Positions 44,008-54,017 of a DNA stretch of 64,000 nt are shown in pieces. Below the pieces are notes generated by a model. The model was not told the origin of the DNA. It ran no database searches and worked only from the letters and a program-made list of their open reading frames with translations. Made by a program: the position numbers and the translations under genes. Position 1 is the first letter of the stretch. Every line of letters begins with the position of its first letter. Source of the stretch: Synechococcus sp. UW140 (lineage in GTDB: Bacteria > Cyanobacteriota > Cyanobacteriia > PCC-6307 > Cyanobiaceae); the NCBI GenBank assembly GCA_943373065.1, contig CALSBA010000009.1, positions 19,194 through 83,193 on the forward strand, written 5' to 3'.

Positions 44008-45586
44008 GCTCACCGCAGCCGTCCCGCAGCCGGGCCCCCGCTGGTGGGTGCGCGGCGATCTCGATGGCTTCCTGGGCCTCGGGCTCGACAACCTGATCCA
44101 GATCCTGCTGATCGTGGCCCTCTGCCGCGGCGTGCTGGGGTATCCCGATGGCCTGATCTTCGGCACGATCCTGCCGGCCACGGGCATCAGCCTGGTGGTG
44201 GGCAACGTGGCCTATGCCATCCAGGCCCACCGCCTGGGGCGGCGCGAGGGCCGGGATGACCGCACCGCCCTTCCCTACGGCATCAACACGGTCAGCCTGT
44301 TCGCCTATGTGTTCCTGGTGATGCTGCCGGTGAAGCTGGCGGCCGTGGGGCAGGGGCTCGATCCTCTGGAGGCCGCCCAGCTCTCCTGGCGCGCCGGGCT
44401 GCTGGCCTGCCTGGGGTCGGGGCTGATCGAGGCGGGGGGTGCCTTCCTGGTGGCCCCCCTGCGGCACTGGCTGCCCCGGGCGGCCCTGCTCTCCACCCTG
44501 GCCGGCATTGCCCTCGGTTACATCGGGCTGGGTTTCCTGCTGCGCACCTACGCCGTTCCAGTGGTGGGGCTGGCGGTGCTGGCGGTGATCCTGCTGGCCT
44601 ACTTCGGCCGGGCCCGGCTGCCCCTGCCGGGCGGCGTGCTGGCGGTGCTGGTGGGCATCGTCCTGGCCGCGGCCACGGGCCTGCTCCGCCTCGATGGCCC
44701 CACCTGGCAGGCCAACATCGCCCAGGTGGGCCTGCACCTGCCCGTGCCCCGGCTCGGCACCCTCTGGGAGGGTCGCGACGACCTGTTGCCCTGGCTGGGG
44801 GTGACGGTGCCGATGGGTCTGTTCAACCTGCTGGGCTCCCTGCAGAACCTGGAGAGCGCCGAGGCGGCCGGCGATGCGTACCAGGTGAAGAGTTCGCTGC
44901 TGATCAACGGCATCGGCACGGTGGCCGCCGCTCTGCTGGGCTCCTGCTTCCCCACCACCATCTACATCGGCCATCCCGGCTGGAAGGGCATGGGGGCCCG
45001 CATCGGCTACTCCTGGCTCAACGGGCTGGTGATGGGCCTGGGCTGCCTGCTGGGGCTGTTCGGGGTCGTGGGCCAGCTGGTGCCGATCGAGGCCGGCATG
45101 GCGATCGTGCTCTACATCGCCCTGGTGATGGCGGCCCAGGCCTTCCAGGCCACGCCGCCGGCCCACGCCCCCGCCGTGGCCCTGGGCCTGCTGCCCGGCC
45201 TGGCCGGCTGGGGTTCCCTGATGCTGAAGGCGGGGCTGCGGGCCGGGGGCAGCGGCACCCCGGCCAACCCCTTCGGTCCCCAGCTGCTGTTGCCGCTGCA
45301 GCAGGCGGATGTGTGGGCCGCCGGCGCCTTCGCCCTCGAGCAGGGCCAGATCCTGGCGGCGATGCTGCTGGCGGCCATGCTCGTCTATGTGATCGAGCAG
45401 CGGTACCGCGCCGCCGCCCTCTGCGCCCTGGTGGCGGCGGCCGCCTCCTGGCTGGGCCTGATCCATGCCTGGAGCTTCACCCTCGCCGACACGGTGCTGG
45501 ACCCCGGCTGGGGCAGCGGCACCCCCTGGGCCCTGGGCTATCTGGCGATGGCGGTGGTGTTCCTTCTGGGACGTCCGCAGCGCTGA
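44000..45586 (+). CDS. NCS2/AzgA-like permease (putative nucleobase transporter)
   Basis: About 13 TMs, [32 protein letters not shown] and [14 protein letters not shown] at 44000. Substrate is inferred. Confidence 0.65.
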   Translation: MAELTAAVPQPGPRWWVRGDLDGFLGLGLDNLIQILLIVALCRGVLGYPDGLIFGTILPATGISLVVGNVAYAIQAHRLGRREGRDDRTALPYGINTVSLFAYVFLVMLPVKLAAVGQGLDPLEAAQLSWRAGLLACLGSGLIEAGGAFLVAPLRHWLPRAALLSTLAGIALGYIGLGFLLRTYAVPVVGLAVLAVILLAYFGRARLPLPGGVLAVLVGIVLAAATGLLRLDGPTWQANIAQVGLHLPVPRLGTLWEGRDDLLPWLGVTVPMGLFNLLGSLQNLESAEAAGDAYQVKSSLLINGIGTVAAALLGSCFPTTIYIGHPGWKGMGARIGYSWLNGLVMGLGCLLGLFGVVGQLVPIEAGMAIVLYIALVMAAQAFQATPPAHAPAVALGLLPGLAGWGSLMLKAGLRAGGSGTPANPFGPQLLLPLQQADVWAAGAFALEQGQILAAMLLAAMLVYVIEQRYRAAALCALVAAAASWLGLIHAWSFTLADTVLDPGWGSGTPWALGYLAMAVVFLLGRPQR

Positions 45587-45627
45587 ACAGGGTGCTGCCT
45601 AGGGTTGGTCGACTGCATCCGCGCCGC

Positions 45628-46173
45628 ATGGCTTCCGTGCCCAAGGGCCGCTTCAAGCGGTTTGAGCATCGCTTCGAGCGGATTCTGTGGCGCCTGCGGC
45701 TGATTGCCATCCTGCCGGTGGTGATGAGCCTGGTCAGCACGGTGGTCGCCTTCGTGCTCGGCACGCTCGAGATCGGCAAGGCGCTGGTCAGCTTGGGAGA
45801 TGGGGGCTACACCAAGAAGACCTTCGTGGCCGAACTGCTGGGGGCGATCGTGACGGGGATCGATCTCTACCTGATCGGCATCGCCCTGCTGATCTTCGGC
45901 TATGGGGTGTATGAGCTGCTGATCTCACCGATCGAGGCGGCCCGGGAACACGATCAGGGGGGCGGGGGTCTGCTCGACATCCGCGACCTCGACCAGCTGA
46001 AAGAGAAATTGGTCAAGGTGCTGGTGGTGGCCCTGATCGTGTCGGCCTTCAAGGCGATGCTGACCCTGCCGATCACTGACGGCCCTTCCCTGGCTTTCTT
46101 CTGCCTGAGCGTGCTGCTGCTGTCCCTGAGCGGCTATCTGGTCACGGGCAGCGGCGGCAAGAGGCTCTTCTAG
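45628..46173 (+). CDS. YqhA family membrane protein
   Basis: IDLYLIG.ALLIFGYGVYELLIS and LDQLKEKLVKV; four TMs. Confidence 0.82.
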   Translation: MASVPKGRFKRFEHRFERILWRLRLIAILPVVMSLVSTVVAFVLGTLEIGKALVSLGDGGYTKKTFVAELLGAIVTGIDLYLIGIALLIFGYGVYELLISPIEAAREHDQGGGGLLDIRDLDQLKEKLVKVLVVALIVSAFKAMLTLPITDGPSLAFFCLSVLLLSLSGYLVTGSGGKRLF

Positions 46174-46211
46174 AGACTGGGTGCCATGAACCGGTTCCTC
46201 AAGACCTCTCG

Positions 46212-47273
46212 ATGGTGATCTCCCGTCTGAGCCTGCGCCGTCCCGATGACTGGCACGTGCACCTCCGTGACGGCGCCCTGCTTCAGGCGGTGGCCCCGGC
46301 CACGGCCCGCACCTTCGCCCGGGCGATCGTGATGCCCAACCTCAGCCCGCCGATCACCACGGTGGCGACCGCCGCGGCCTACGGCGCCCGGATCCGGGCG
46401 GCCCTGCCGGACGGCAGCCGCTTCACCCCCCTGCTCACCGCCTACCTGACCGACACGATCGATCCGGCCGAGATCGAGCGCGGCCACCGCGAGGGGGTGT
46501 TCACCGCCTGCAAGCTCTACCCGGCCCATGCCACCACCAACGCCGCCGCCGGCGTCACCGACCTGGCCCGGATCGAGGCGGTGCTGACCACGATGGAGCG
46601 GATCGGCATGCCCCTGCTCATCCACGGGGAGGTGACCGACGCCGAGATCGACATCTTCGATCGCGAGGCGGTGTTCATCGAACGCCACCTGGCGCCGCTG
46701 CTGGTGCGGCATCCGGGCCTGAAGGTAGTGCTGGAGCACATCACCACCGCCGAGTCCGTGGCGTTTGTGCGACAGGCGGGCCCCAGCCTGGCCGCCACCA
46801 TCACCCCCCATCACCTGCACATCAACCGCAACGCCATGTTCCAGGGCGGCCTGCGGCCGGACTTCTACTGCCTGCCGGTGGCCAAGCGGGAACGGCACCG
46901 GCTGGCCCTGCGCCAGGCGGCCACCTCGGGGGAGCCCTGCTTCTTTCTGGGCACCGATTCGGCCCCCCATCCCCGCTCGGCCAAGGAAAGCGCCTGCGGC
47001 TGCGCGGGCATCTACAACGCCCCCTACGCCCTGGAGAGCTACGCGGCGGTGTTCGAGCAGGAGGGGGCCCTGGATCGGCTGGAGGCCTTTGCCAGCCTGC
47101 ACGGGCCCGCCTTCTACGGATTGCCCCTGAACGAAGGGACGATCACCATGGTGCGGGACCCCCACACCGTGCCGCCGCGTCTGCACGGCCAAGGCGAGGG
47201 CGGAGCCGCCACGGACCTTGTGCCTTTCCATGCCGGCCAGGTGCTCCAATGGCGGCTGGCGGAGGAGGGCTGA
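46212..47273 (+). CDS. pyrC: Dihydroorotase (class II)
   Basis: PDDWHVHLRD, VMPNL, KLYPAHATTN, HGE, EHITT and LGTDSAPH. Confidence 0.96.
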   Translation: MVISRLSLRRPDDWHVHLRDGALLQAVAPATARTFARAIVMPNLSPPITTVATAAAYGARIRAALPDGSRFTPLLTAYLTDTIDPAEIERGHREGVFTACKLYPAHATTNAAAGVTDLARIEAVLTTMERIGMPLLIHGEVTDAEIDIFDREAVFIERHLAPLLVRHPGLKVVLEHITTAESVAFVRQAGPSLAATITPHHLHINRNAMFQGGLRPDFYCLPVAKRERHRLALRQAATSGEPCFFLGTDSAPHPRSAKESACGCAGIYNAPYALESYAAVFEQEGALDRLEAFASLHGPAFYGLPLNEGTITMVRDPHTVPPRLHGQGEGGAATDLVPFHAGQVLQWRLAEEG

Positions 47274-47300
47274 GTCCCAGCCCATGGCCGCCGGCATGAA

Positions 47301-48266
47301 TCAGGGGCGCGGCACCAGCGGCGCCCCATCCGCCAGGGAGGGATCGCCGCTCTGCACGACGGTTCCCGCCGGTGGTCCGCCGGCCGCAGGAAGGCGCTCC
47401 TTGCTGCGGTAGCCCCGGCCGTCGAACACCTCGCGCACCCAGGTGGCCGGGGCACCGCCGCCTGACTGCAGCCGCCAAAGATCTCGCCAGCGGCTGCGGC
47501 CCGCTGCCTGGATGATCACCGGCAGGCGGCTGGTGGGAAAGCTGGTGACGAGGCGATAGCCCCGGTCCTCCTGGCGGAACACCTGGAGGGTGCAGCCACC
47601 GGTGCCGCAGACGTAGGGACCCATCAGGTACACGAGAACGTCCTGACGGCCATCCCCATCAAGGTCGGTGCGGGCATGTACGTAGCTGACTCGTCCCATG
47701 GCGCGGCGGAGGTCCGGGGAGGCCGCCAGGATCGCTGCCTCCAACGCCGGATCGGGCCGGTTGCTGTAGGCGGGCCCGGTGCCGGCGCGGGGTTCCCAGA
47801 TGAGGATGCCTCCATCGGCCAGAAGACTCAGGTTCAGCCGCCCGTCCCGTAGGAGGTAGCCCCGCACGTAGGGAAGCTGGCGGGCCAGGGGTTCCCCCAG
47901 GCTGGGCGCCGGGCACAGGGCTTTGGTGCTGGCCAGGGGCCCGAAGCGGAAGCCGCCGTTGCCGGAATCGCTGCTGGGCTCCACCCGCCAGCTGCCCATG
48001 GCGCGGTTGCAGTCGAGCTGCAGCACGGCCCGGCCATCGGCCTGGAGCGAAAGGGTGTAGCGGGAGGGGGCCGTCGGACGCCTCAGGCCCTGGGCGTCAT
48101 CCATCGACTGGATCCCCACCAGCTGCCAGGAGGTGCCCTGCAGCGGCACTGCCCGGGGGGCCGCCTCCAGGGGCAGTGGCGCCACCGCCAGGAGCGAGGC
48201 CGCGGCTATGGAGCCTCCCGTCCAGGCCCCCAGGAGCCGGGTCACCGTGCTGGAGGGGAAAGGCAT
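47301..48266 (-). CDS. Secreted META-domain protein with a C-terminal DLDGDG/CGTGGC domain
   Basis: Signal peptide, LQGTSWQL, DCNR...STKALC (META), then DLDGDGRQD and CGTGGCT. ATG at 48266. Confidence 0.75.
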   Translation of the reverse strand: MPFPSSTVTRLLGAWTGGSIAAASLLAVAPLPLEAAPRAVPLQGTSWQLVGIQSMDDAQGLRRPTAPSRYTLSLQADGRAVLQLDCNRAMGSWRVEPSSDSGNGGFRFGPLASTKALCPAPSLGEPLARQLPYVRGYLLRDGRLNLSLLADGGILIWEPRAGTGPAYSNRPDPALEAAILAASPDLRRAMGRVSYVHARTDLDGDGRQDVLVYLMGPYVCGTGGCTLQVFRQEDRGYRLVTSFPTSRLPVIIQAAGRSRWRDLWRLQSGGGAPATWVREVFDGRGYRSKERLPAAGGPPAGTVVQSGDPSLADGAPLVPRP

Positions 48267-48356
48267 CGGGCGACTCCTGCTGGCTCCCCACAATCGGACA
48301 CCGACCACGGAGTGGCGGGACGGGGCCGAGCATGGTCGTGCCGTCCCGCCACTGCC

Positions 48357-48767
48357 ATGTCGATCCTGCGCGCCGCCGCCAGCTATTTCGCCCTGGTCTT
48401 CGGCACTGGCTTCGTTCTGGGGGCGGTGCGGGTGTCGCTGCTGGTGCCCTGGCTGGGGGTGCGCCTGGCCGAACTGCTGGAGATGCCGTGGATGGCCCTG
48501 GCCATGGTGCTGGCCGCCCGGTTTGTGGTGCGCCGGCAGCTCGCCGGCTGCGGTCCCGTCACCCGGGCGGCCGCCGGGGTCCTCGCCCTGGCGTTCATGG
48601 TGACGGCGGAGCTGGCGGTGGGACTGGTTCTCCAGCAGCGCCCCCTGCGGGAGATCCTTATCGACCGCGACCCGGTCTCCGGCGTTGTGTTTCTGGCCCT
48701 GCTGGTCCTCTACGCGCTGCTGCCGCTGCTGCTGGGCCGGGGCTCCACCACCACGGCGGTGCCGTAG
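48357..48767 (+). CDS. Hypothetical 4-TM membrane protein
   Basis: Four hydrophobic segments, E.P.M and AEL motifs; coding-like codon usage. ATG at 48357. Confidence 0.65.
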   Translation: MSILRAAASYFALVFGTGFVLGAVRVSLLVPWLGVRLAELLEMPWMALAMVLAARFVVRRQLAGCGPVTRAAAGVLALAFMVTAELAVGLVLQQRPLREILIDRDPVSGVVFLALLVLYALLPLLLGRGSTTTAVP

Positions 48768-49075
48768 CAGAGCACTTCGGTGGCGGCGGCCGTTCCGCCC
48801 TGAACCTCCGAGCCGTCGTAGCGGGTTCCCACGATGGCGTTGGCTCCCAGGGCCCTGGCGTGCTGGATCATCTGCTCGTAGGCCTGCTCCCGGGCCTGCT
48901 CGCACATCTCGGTGTAGGCGCCGATCCGGCCGCCCACGATCTGCTTGAGCCCGCCCAGGAAACCCTGCACCAGGGTGGGGGAGCGCACGACGATGCCGCG
49001 CACCAGGCCCCGGTAGGCGGTGATGTCGTACCCCTCGATCGTGAAGGTGGTGGTCACGAACACGGGTTTGACCAT
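48710..49075 (-). CDS. YbjQ/UPF0145 family protein
   Basis: TTT.TIEG..I..YRGLVRG, REQAYEQM...A..LGANAIVG.RYD and YGTAV. Confidence 0.9.
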   Translation of the reverse strand: MVKPVFVTTTFTIEGYDITAYRGLVRGIVVRSPTLVQGFLGGLKQIVGGRIGAYTEMCEQAREQAYEQMIQHARALGANAIVGTRYDGSEVQGGTAAATEVLCYGTAVVVEPRPSSSGSSA

Positions 49076-49124
49076 GGGGGCACTGGCGCTGGGAGCCCCA
49101 TCCTGGAGGGCATGGGCCGGTGCT

Positions 49125-50546
49125 TCAAGCCGTTGGGGCGAAGGCGGCCTGCAGCAGGGGAATCGCCCGCTCCAGCGCCACGCCGCGGCTGGCCTTGAGC
49201 AGCACCCGATCCCCCGGCTGCAGCCAGTCGAGCAGCACCTCGGCCGCCGCTTCCGGTGAGATCACCCGCTGCAGCCGCGGCAGCCCGGCGGCGGCCGCTT
49301 CCATCGCCTGCGCTTCCTCCCCGGTGGCCACCACCAGCAGACCGTCCAGGCCCAGCTCCCTGGCCCTGGCCGCCACCTGCCGATGCAGCTCCAGGCTGCG
49401 TTCCCCCAGCTCGAGCATCGTGCCCAGCACCGCATAGCGGCGGCCCCCCGCGGCGGTGCCGGTGGCGGCCAGCAGATCCAGGGCCGCCAGCACCGCCTCC
49501 GGCGAGGCGTTGTAGGTCTCATCGAGCAGCTCCACCCCGCCCAGGCTCCAGCGTCGGGACCGCCCCCCCGGCAGCTCCACCGCCAGATCGACGAGGGCCG
49601 TGGCCGGCACGCCCAGCTCCTGGGCCACCGCCACCGCCAGCAGCAGGTTGCGGGCGTTGTGGCGCCCCTCCAGGGGCAGCCGCAGGCTCGGCCCGCCCGC
49701 CAGGCTGAGGACGTCAGCCTTCAGCCGCCCCACCAGGTCCGGCGCCGGCGTTTCAGCCGGGAACCCCGCCCGCTCGTCCTCCAGGGCGACCCGCACCACC
49801 CGGCCCCCCCAGACCCTGGCCAGGGAGAGCTCCAGCAGGGGATCCCCGGCCGGAATCACCAGCACCCCGTCCGGTCCCAGGCCGGCGGTGATCTCGCACT
49901 TGGCCTGGCCGATCGCCTCGCGGCTGCCCAGGCGGCCGATGTGGGCGGTGCCGATGTTGGTGATCACGGCCACATCCGGCTCGGCGCTGCGGGTGAGGCG
50001 ATCGATCTCCCCCAGGCCGCGCATGCCCATCTCCACCACCAAGGCCGCCGTGGCCTCGTTGGCCTTCAGCAGGGTGAGGGGCGCCCCCACGTCGTTGTTT
50101 TCGTTGCCGCTGCTGGCCACCACCGGCCCCAGGGGGGCCAGGGCCGCCTTGATCAGTTCCCGCGTCGTGGTCTTGCCCGCCGAGCCGGTCACCGCCACCA
50201 CCGGCAACCCCAGCTGTCGCCGCCACAGCAGGGCCAGCTGCTGGTAGGCCACCAGGGTGTCGTCCACCAGCCAGATGGGGGCGCCGCCGCCGGCCACCAG
50301 CTCCGCCACGACGTTTTCGGCCAGGCGGTCCTTCTGCACCAGCGCCGCCACCGCACCGGCGGCGAGGGCCTCAGCCAGGAAGCGGTGTCCGTCGAAGCGT
50401 TCCCCCACCAGGGGCACGAACAGGGCGCCGGCCAGGTTGCCGCGGCTGTCGGTGCTCACGCTGGCGAAGGTGTCCGGTGCGCTGGTTCCGGGGGCCATCA
50501 GGGGCTCGCCCCACAGCTGGCGCAGGGGTTCGAACGGCAGCGGCAT
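49125..50546 (-). CDS. murF: UDP-N-acetylmuramoyl-tripeptide--D-alanyl-D-alanine ligase
   Basis: STDSR, VTGSAGKTTT, NNDVG, VEMGM, ITNIG.AH, DETYNASP, LGTMLELG and LLKASRG. Confidence 0.96.
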   Translation of the reverse strand: MPLPFEPLRQLWGEPLMAPGTSAPDTFASVSTDSRGNLAGALFVPLVGERFDGHRFLAEALAAGAVAALVQKDRLAENVVAELVAGGGAPIWLVDDTLVAYQQLALLWRRQLGLPVVAVTGSAGKTTTRELIKAALAPLGPVVASSGNENNDVGAPLTLLKANEATAALVVEMGMRGLGEIDRLTRSAEPDVAVITNIGTAHIGRLGSREAIGQAKCEITAGLGPDGVLVIPAGDPLLELSLARVWGGRVVRVALEDERAGFPAETPAPDLVGRLKADVLSLAGGPSLRLPLEGRHNARNLLLAVAVAQELGVPATALVDLAVELPGGRSRRWSLGGVELLDETYNASPEAVLAALDLLAATGTAAGGRRYAVLGTMLELGERSLELHRQVAARARELGLDGLLVVATGEEAQAMEAAAAGLPRLQRVISPEAAAEVLLDWLQPGDRVLLKASRGVALERAIPLLQAAFAPTA

Positions 50547-51247
50547 CAGCCTGGGGCACCGGGATCGAGCAGGATCATGCCGGAGCCCACCAGGGCCCTG
50601 CGGGCCAGCAGGCGCTGCCGGCCGTCGACCAGCTCCAGCCGCTCGTAGCCGAGGGCCAGGGCGCGCTGCTGCCAGCGATCCGCCCAGCGCCGACGACTCG
50701 CTTCGCCGAAGCCGGTGTAGGTCGGCGCCATGGTGAGCACCAGCCGTCCTTCAGCCGGCACCGGATGGGCCGAGGCGATCAGATGGTCGGGATCATCCTC
50801 CGCCAGGAGCGCCAGGAGGGGGTCGAGTTCGAGGGGCGGTGGCGGCTCAGGCTCCGGCATGGGCTCCTGCACGGCCATGGGGGGCGGGGCCTCCAGGGCT
50901 GGCGCAGCGATGGCTGGGGCCCCCTGGGGCGTCGGGGTCGGCGCCAGCGAAACGGCAGCGTCACCAGTCGTCCGCACCGCCCGGTGGGACAGCCCGCGCC
51001 CCACCTGTCCCGCCAGCGCCAGGGCCAGCGCCAGCAGGGCCGCCAGCAGCAGGGGCCAGAACAGGGGGGCCAGGCCCTGGGGCCAGAAGCCCGGCACCGA
51101 CAGGTCCCCCTCCCGATTGCGCCGCCACAGTTCGTGCAGCTTCAGCCGCAGGGACGCCAGCACGGCCCTCGCGGCGTCCCCGAGCTGGCCCCAGGGACTG
51201 GCGTAGGGCGCCGGCAGATCGGAAGGTGGGGGAACCGGATCAGCCAT
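50546..51247 (-). CDS. Hypothetical single-TM protein with a Pro-rich linker
   Basis: TM around residues 60-80, Pro/Ala-rich spacer, folded-looking C-terminus. Its stop overlaps the murF ATG (TGATG). Confidence 0.7.
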   Translation of the reverse strand: MADPVPPPSDLPAPYASPWGQLGDAARAVLASLRLKLHELWRRNREGDLSVPGFWPQGLAPLFWPLLLAALLALALALAGQVGRGLSHRAVRTTGDAAVSLAPTPTPQGAPAIAAPALEAPPPMAVQEPMPEPEPPPPLELDPLLALLAEDDPDHLIASAHPVPAEGRLVLTMAPTYTGFGEASRRRWADRWQQRALALGYERLELVDGRQRLLARRALVGSGMILLDPGAPG

Positions 51248-51258
51248 GGGCGCCGGAC

Positions 51259-52803
51259 TCAGGAGTCGTTACGGCGACGCAGCAGGGCCAGGGGGTTGCG
51301 GGGCCGCGGCGCCGGCGGGGGTTCCTTGGTGACCACGTCCGGCCTGGGCTCGTCGTTCAACAGGCTCGGGTCGGCTCCCTGGCCCTGGGAGAAGCGCTCC
51401 ACCAGAGCCGCGTCGGGGGTGGGTTCCTTGACGCCGCAGACCTCGCGGTACATGGCGTCGTACTCCAGAGCTGAGCGGTTCCAGCTGAAGTCGGTGGTCA
51501 TGGCCCGGCGTTGCAGGTCCTGCCAGCTGGGCTCGTTGCGGTAGGCCTCCCAGGAGCGCACGATCGTGGTGTAGAAGTCGATGGCCTCGTAGCGATCGAA
51601 GCCGTAGCCCGTGCCGGTGCCGGCGCTGGGGTCGTTGGGGGGCACGGTGTCCACCAGCCCACCGACGCGGCGCACCACCGGAATCGAGCCGTAGCGCATG
51701 GCCAGCATCTGACTGATGCCGCAGGGCTCGAAGCGGCTCGGCATCAGGAAGGCGTCGCTGCCCGCATAGATCAGGCGCGAGAGGGCGTCGTCGTAGGTGA
51801 GGAACACGGCGAAGCGGCCAGGGTGGCGGGCCGCCATCTGCCACAGGCCCGACTCATAGCCGCGCTCACCCGTCCCCAACACCACGAACTGGCTGTCGCT
51901 GTAGGCCAGCACCCGGTCGGCCACCTGCAGCAGCAGGTCGACCCCCTTCTGATCCACCAACCGGCTCACCATGCCCATCAGGTAGCTGCGGGGACTCACG
52001 GCCAGCCCCATCCGTTCTTGCAGCAGCCGTTTGCTGGCGCTGCGGCCGGAGAGGTCGCCTGCCGAGAATGGCTCCGGCAGGGTGGGGTCGGTGGCCGGAT
52101 CCCAGTCCGCGGTGTCGATGCCGTTGAGGATGCCGCGCAACTTGCCGCTGATGAAGTTGAGCAGGCCGTCGATGCGCTCGCCGTATTCGGGCGTGCGGAT
52201 CTCCATCGCATAGGTGGGCGAGACGGCGTTGACCCGGTCGGCATAGAGCAGGGCCGCGGCCATGGTGTGGTCGCCCTGCATGTACCAGGGACACCAGGTC
52301 ATGCGGTCGAGCTTCCAGCGCCAGGGACCCTGATAACGCAGGTTGTGGATGGTGAACACCGTGCTGATTTCCGGGTCCTGGTGCATCCACACCGGGATCA
52401 TGCCGGTGTGCCAGTCGTGACAATGCAGAACCTGGGGTTTCCAGCCGCCGTTCCAGGCGAATTCAGCCGTGGCATTGGCGAAAAAGGTGAAGCGCCAGTC
52501 TTCGTCTTCACCGCCGTAGATGCGCTCCGGATCGAACACCGGATGCCCCACCAGATAGATGGGCAGGCCGCAGCTGGGATGGCGGGTTTCGTAGATGGCG
52601 AAATCGGTACCCATGGCATGGCCACGCCACATCGGCTCGGCGGGAATCTTCAGCCGACTCCACAACTTGCCGTAGCCCGGCAGGATGATGCGCACGTCGT
52701 GGCCCAGGGCCGCCAGGGCCGGTGGCAGGGAGCCCACCACATCTCCCATGCCTCCCACCTTGATCATCGGAGCGCACTCCGCGGCGGCAAACAGAACCCT
52801 CAT
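51259..52803 (-). CDS. glgA: Glycogen synthase
   Basis: KVGGMGDV (KxGG), [24 protein letters not shown] and PSRFEPCG. Confidence 0.97.
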   Translation of the reverse strand: MRVLFAAAECAPMIKVGGMGDVVGSLPPALAALGHDVRIILPGYGKLWSRLKIPAEPMWRGHAMGTDFAIYETRHPSCGLPIYLVGHPVFDPERIYGGEDEDWRFTFFANATAEFAWNGGWKPQVLHCHDWHTGMIPVWMHQDPEISTVFTIHNLRYQGPWRWKLDRMTWCPWYMQGDHTMAAALLYADRVNAVSPTYAMEIRTPEYGERIDGLLNFISGKLRGILNGIDTADWDPATDPTLPEPFSAGDLSGRSASKRLLQERMGLAVSPRSYLMGMVSRLVDQKGVDLLLQVADRVLAYSDSQFVVLGTGERGYESGLWQMAARHPGRFAVFLTYDDALSRLIYAGSDAFLMPSRFEPCGISQMLAMRYGSIPVVRRVGGLVDTVPPNDPSAGTGTGYGFDRYEAIDFYTTIVRSWEAYRNEPSWQDLQRRAMTTDFSWNRSALEYDAMYREVCGVKEPTPDAALVERFSQGQGADPSLLNDEPRPDVVTKEPPPAPRPRNPLALLRRRNDS

Positions 52804-52863
52804 CCGCTCTCGATCCCTGGTGCGCCCGGAACTCTACGGGCTGCTCCGCTGGGCTCCCTGGCC

Positions 52864-53421
52864 TCAGGGCAGCACCGTCACCGGGGTGCCCACCTGAACC
52901 AGTTCAAACAGCTCCTTGACGTCCTCGTCGAACAACCGCACGCAGCCATGGGACACGGCGCCGCCGACGCTATTGCGATTCGGCGTGCCATGGAAGCCGG
53001 AGGTGACGCAGCCCTTCACCTCCAGATGCTCCTGGCCGTTGAAACCGCGTCGTCCCTTGCAGTCACGGTGGAAACCGATCCAACGCGAACCGAGGGGATT
53101 GGTGGGGCCCGGGGGAATGCGCACGCCCTTGGCCGGATGCTCCCAGATCGGATAGGCGGTCTTTTCGATCACGCTGAACGATCCCACCGGCGTCTCCCAA
53201 CCGGGCATGCCCACACCGACGCGGAATCGGCGCACCTCCCGTTCCCCTTCCATCACCGTCAGCAGGCGTTGGCGCCGGTTCAGCACCAGCTGGCGTGCCG
53301 ACGGGCTGGCGGTGGCCGTCTCGGATGGGGGAGAGGCGGCGAGCGATGGCACCGGCACCACCATCCCGCTGATCGAGCCGATCAGGGCAACGGCCAGGGG
53401 CATGATGGCTCGGCGATACAC
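52864..53421 (-). CDS. L,D-transpeptidase (YkuD family), secreted
   Basis: Signal peptide, VGVG..GWETPVG, NPLGSRWI and GFHGT...SHGCVRL. Confidence 0.92.
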   Translation of the reverse strand: MYRRAIMPLAVALIGSISGMVVPVPSLAASPPSETATASPSARQLVLNRRQRLLTVMEGEREVRRFRVGVGMPGWETPVGSFSVIEKTAYPIWEHPAKGVRIPPGPTNPLGSRWIGFHRDCKGRRGFNGQEHLEVKGCVTSGFHGTPNRNSVGGAVSHGCVRLFDEDVKELFELVQVGTPVTVLP

Positions 53422-53481
53422 GGTTAGGAGGCTGTCGGCATGGGGCTGACACTTGATCGTAGCCAGCGAAATGGGGCCACG

Positions 53482-53555
53482 GGCCCTTGGCCAAGGAGGG
53501 CCAAGCCAACCGTCCGGCTACGTTGACAGTGATGGCCGGGCGGTAAGGACGGTTG
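53482..53555 (+). other. Palindrome- and hairpin-rich intergenic segment, possible structured RNA or operator
   Basis: 12-bp palindrome CCTTGGCCAAGG at 53485-53496. Arm 53507-53520 can pair with either 53533-53544 or 53547-53555. Confidence 0.3.
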
Positions 53556-54017
53556 CATCCAATCGCTGCCAGGACGTCTGCCGCTCTGCTCATGGGTCTG
53601 GAGATCACGGCTTCATCGCTTGGGTCCCTGGACCACCATCCCGGCGTTCTCTACAGCTACAAGAACGACGCCGTACCGCCAACCTGCTCAAGGAGCTTCT
53701 GGTTGCTCCAGAAGAGCAAGAAAGTCTGGTTCAGACTCGATGAGAAGGTCCGGGGCCTGGCCATGGAGCCAGGCTTTTACTACAGGGGCCGCAGAATTCT
53801 CTACAGCGGCGATCTGATCAAGTTCCCTAAGGAGAAGAGGACATCGCTGGAAGCCAACAGCATCCTCTGGGGCCAGAAGCTGGACAATGGTTGGGGACGG
53901 GGACCGCAGGGTACCAATTATTATCTTCACCTCTGGACACGTTGGTCGGTCTTCCAACCTGCCCGCTGCCATCCGGAGTTTTTCAGCATGACCCGACAAC
54001 CGATTCATCGGCCCTGA
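53553..54017 (+). CDS. Orphan hypothetical protein
   Basis: 154-codon ORF with a TTG start, aromatic/basic-rich, no recognised motif; lies opposite to the EPS locus. Confidence 0.4.
   Translation: MHPIAARTSAALLMGLEITASSLGSLDHHPGVLYSYKNDAVPPTCSRSFWLLQKSKKVWFRLDEKVRGLAMEPGFYYRGRRILYSGDLIKFPKEKRTSLEANSILWGQKLDNGWGRGPQGTNYYLHLWTRWSVFQPARCHPEFFSMTRQPIHRP

Noticed and set aside
48710-48767. 58-bp convergent overlap between the 4-TM gene and ybjQ as a regulatory feature
   Set aside because: Short 3' overlaps are common in compact GC-rich genomes; no further supporting signal.
53523-53528. Perfect TTGACA -35 hexamer
   Set aside because: No credible -10 element 16-18 bp downstream.
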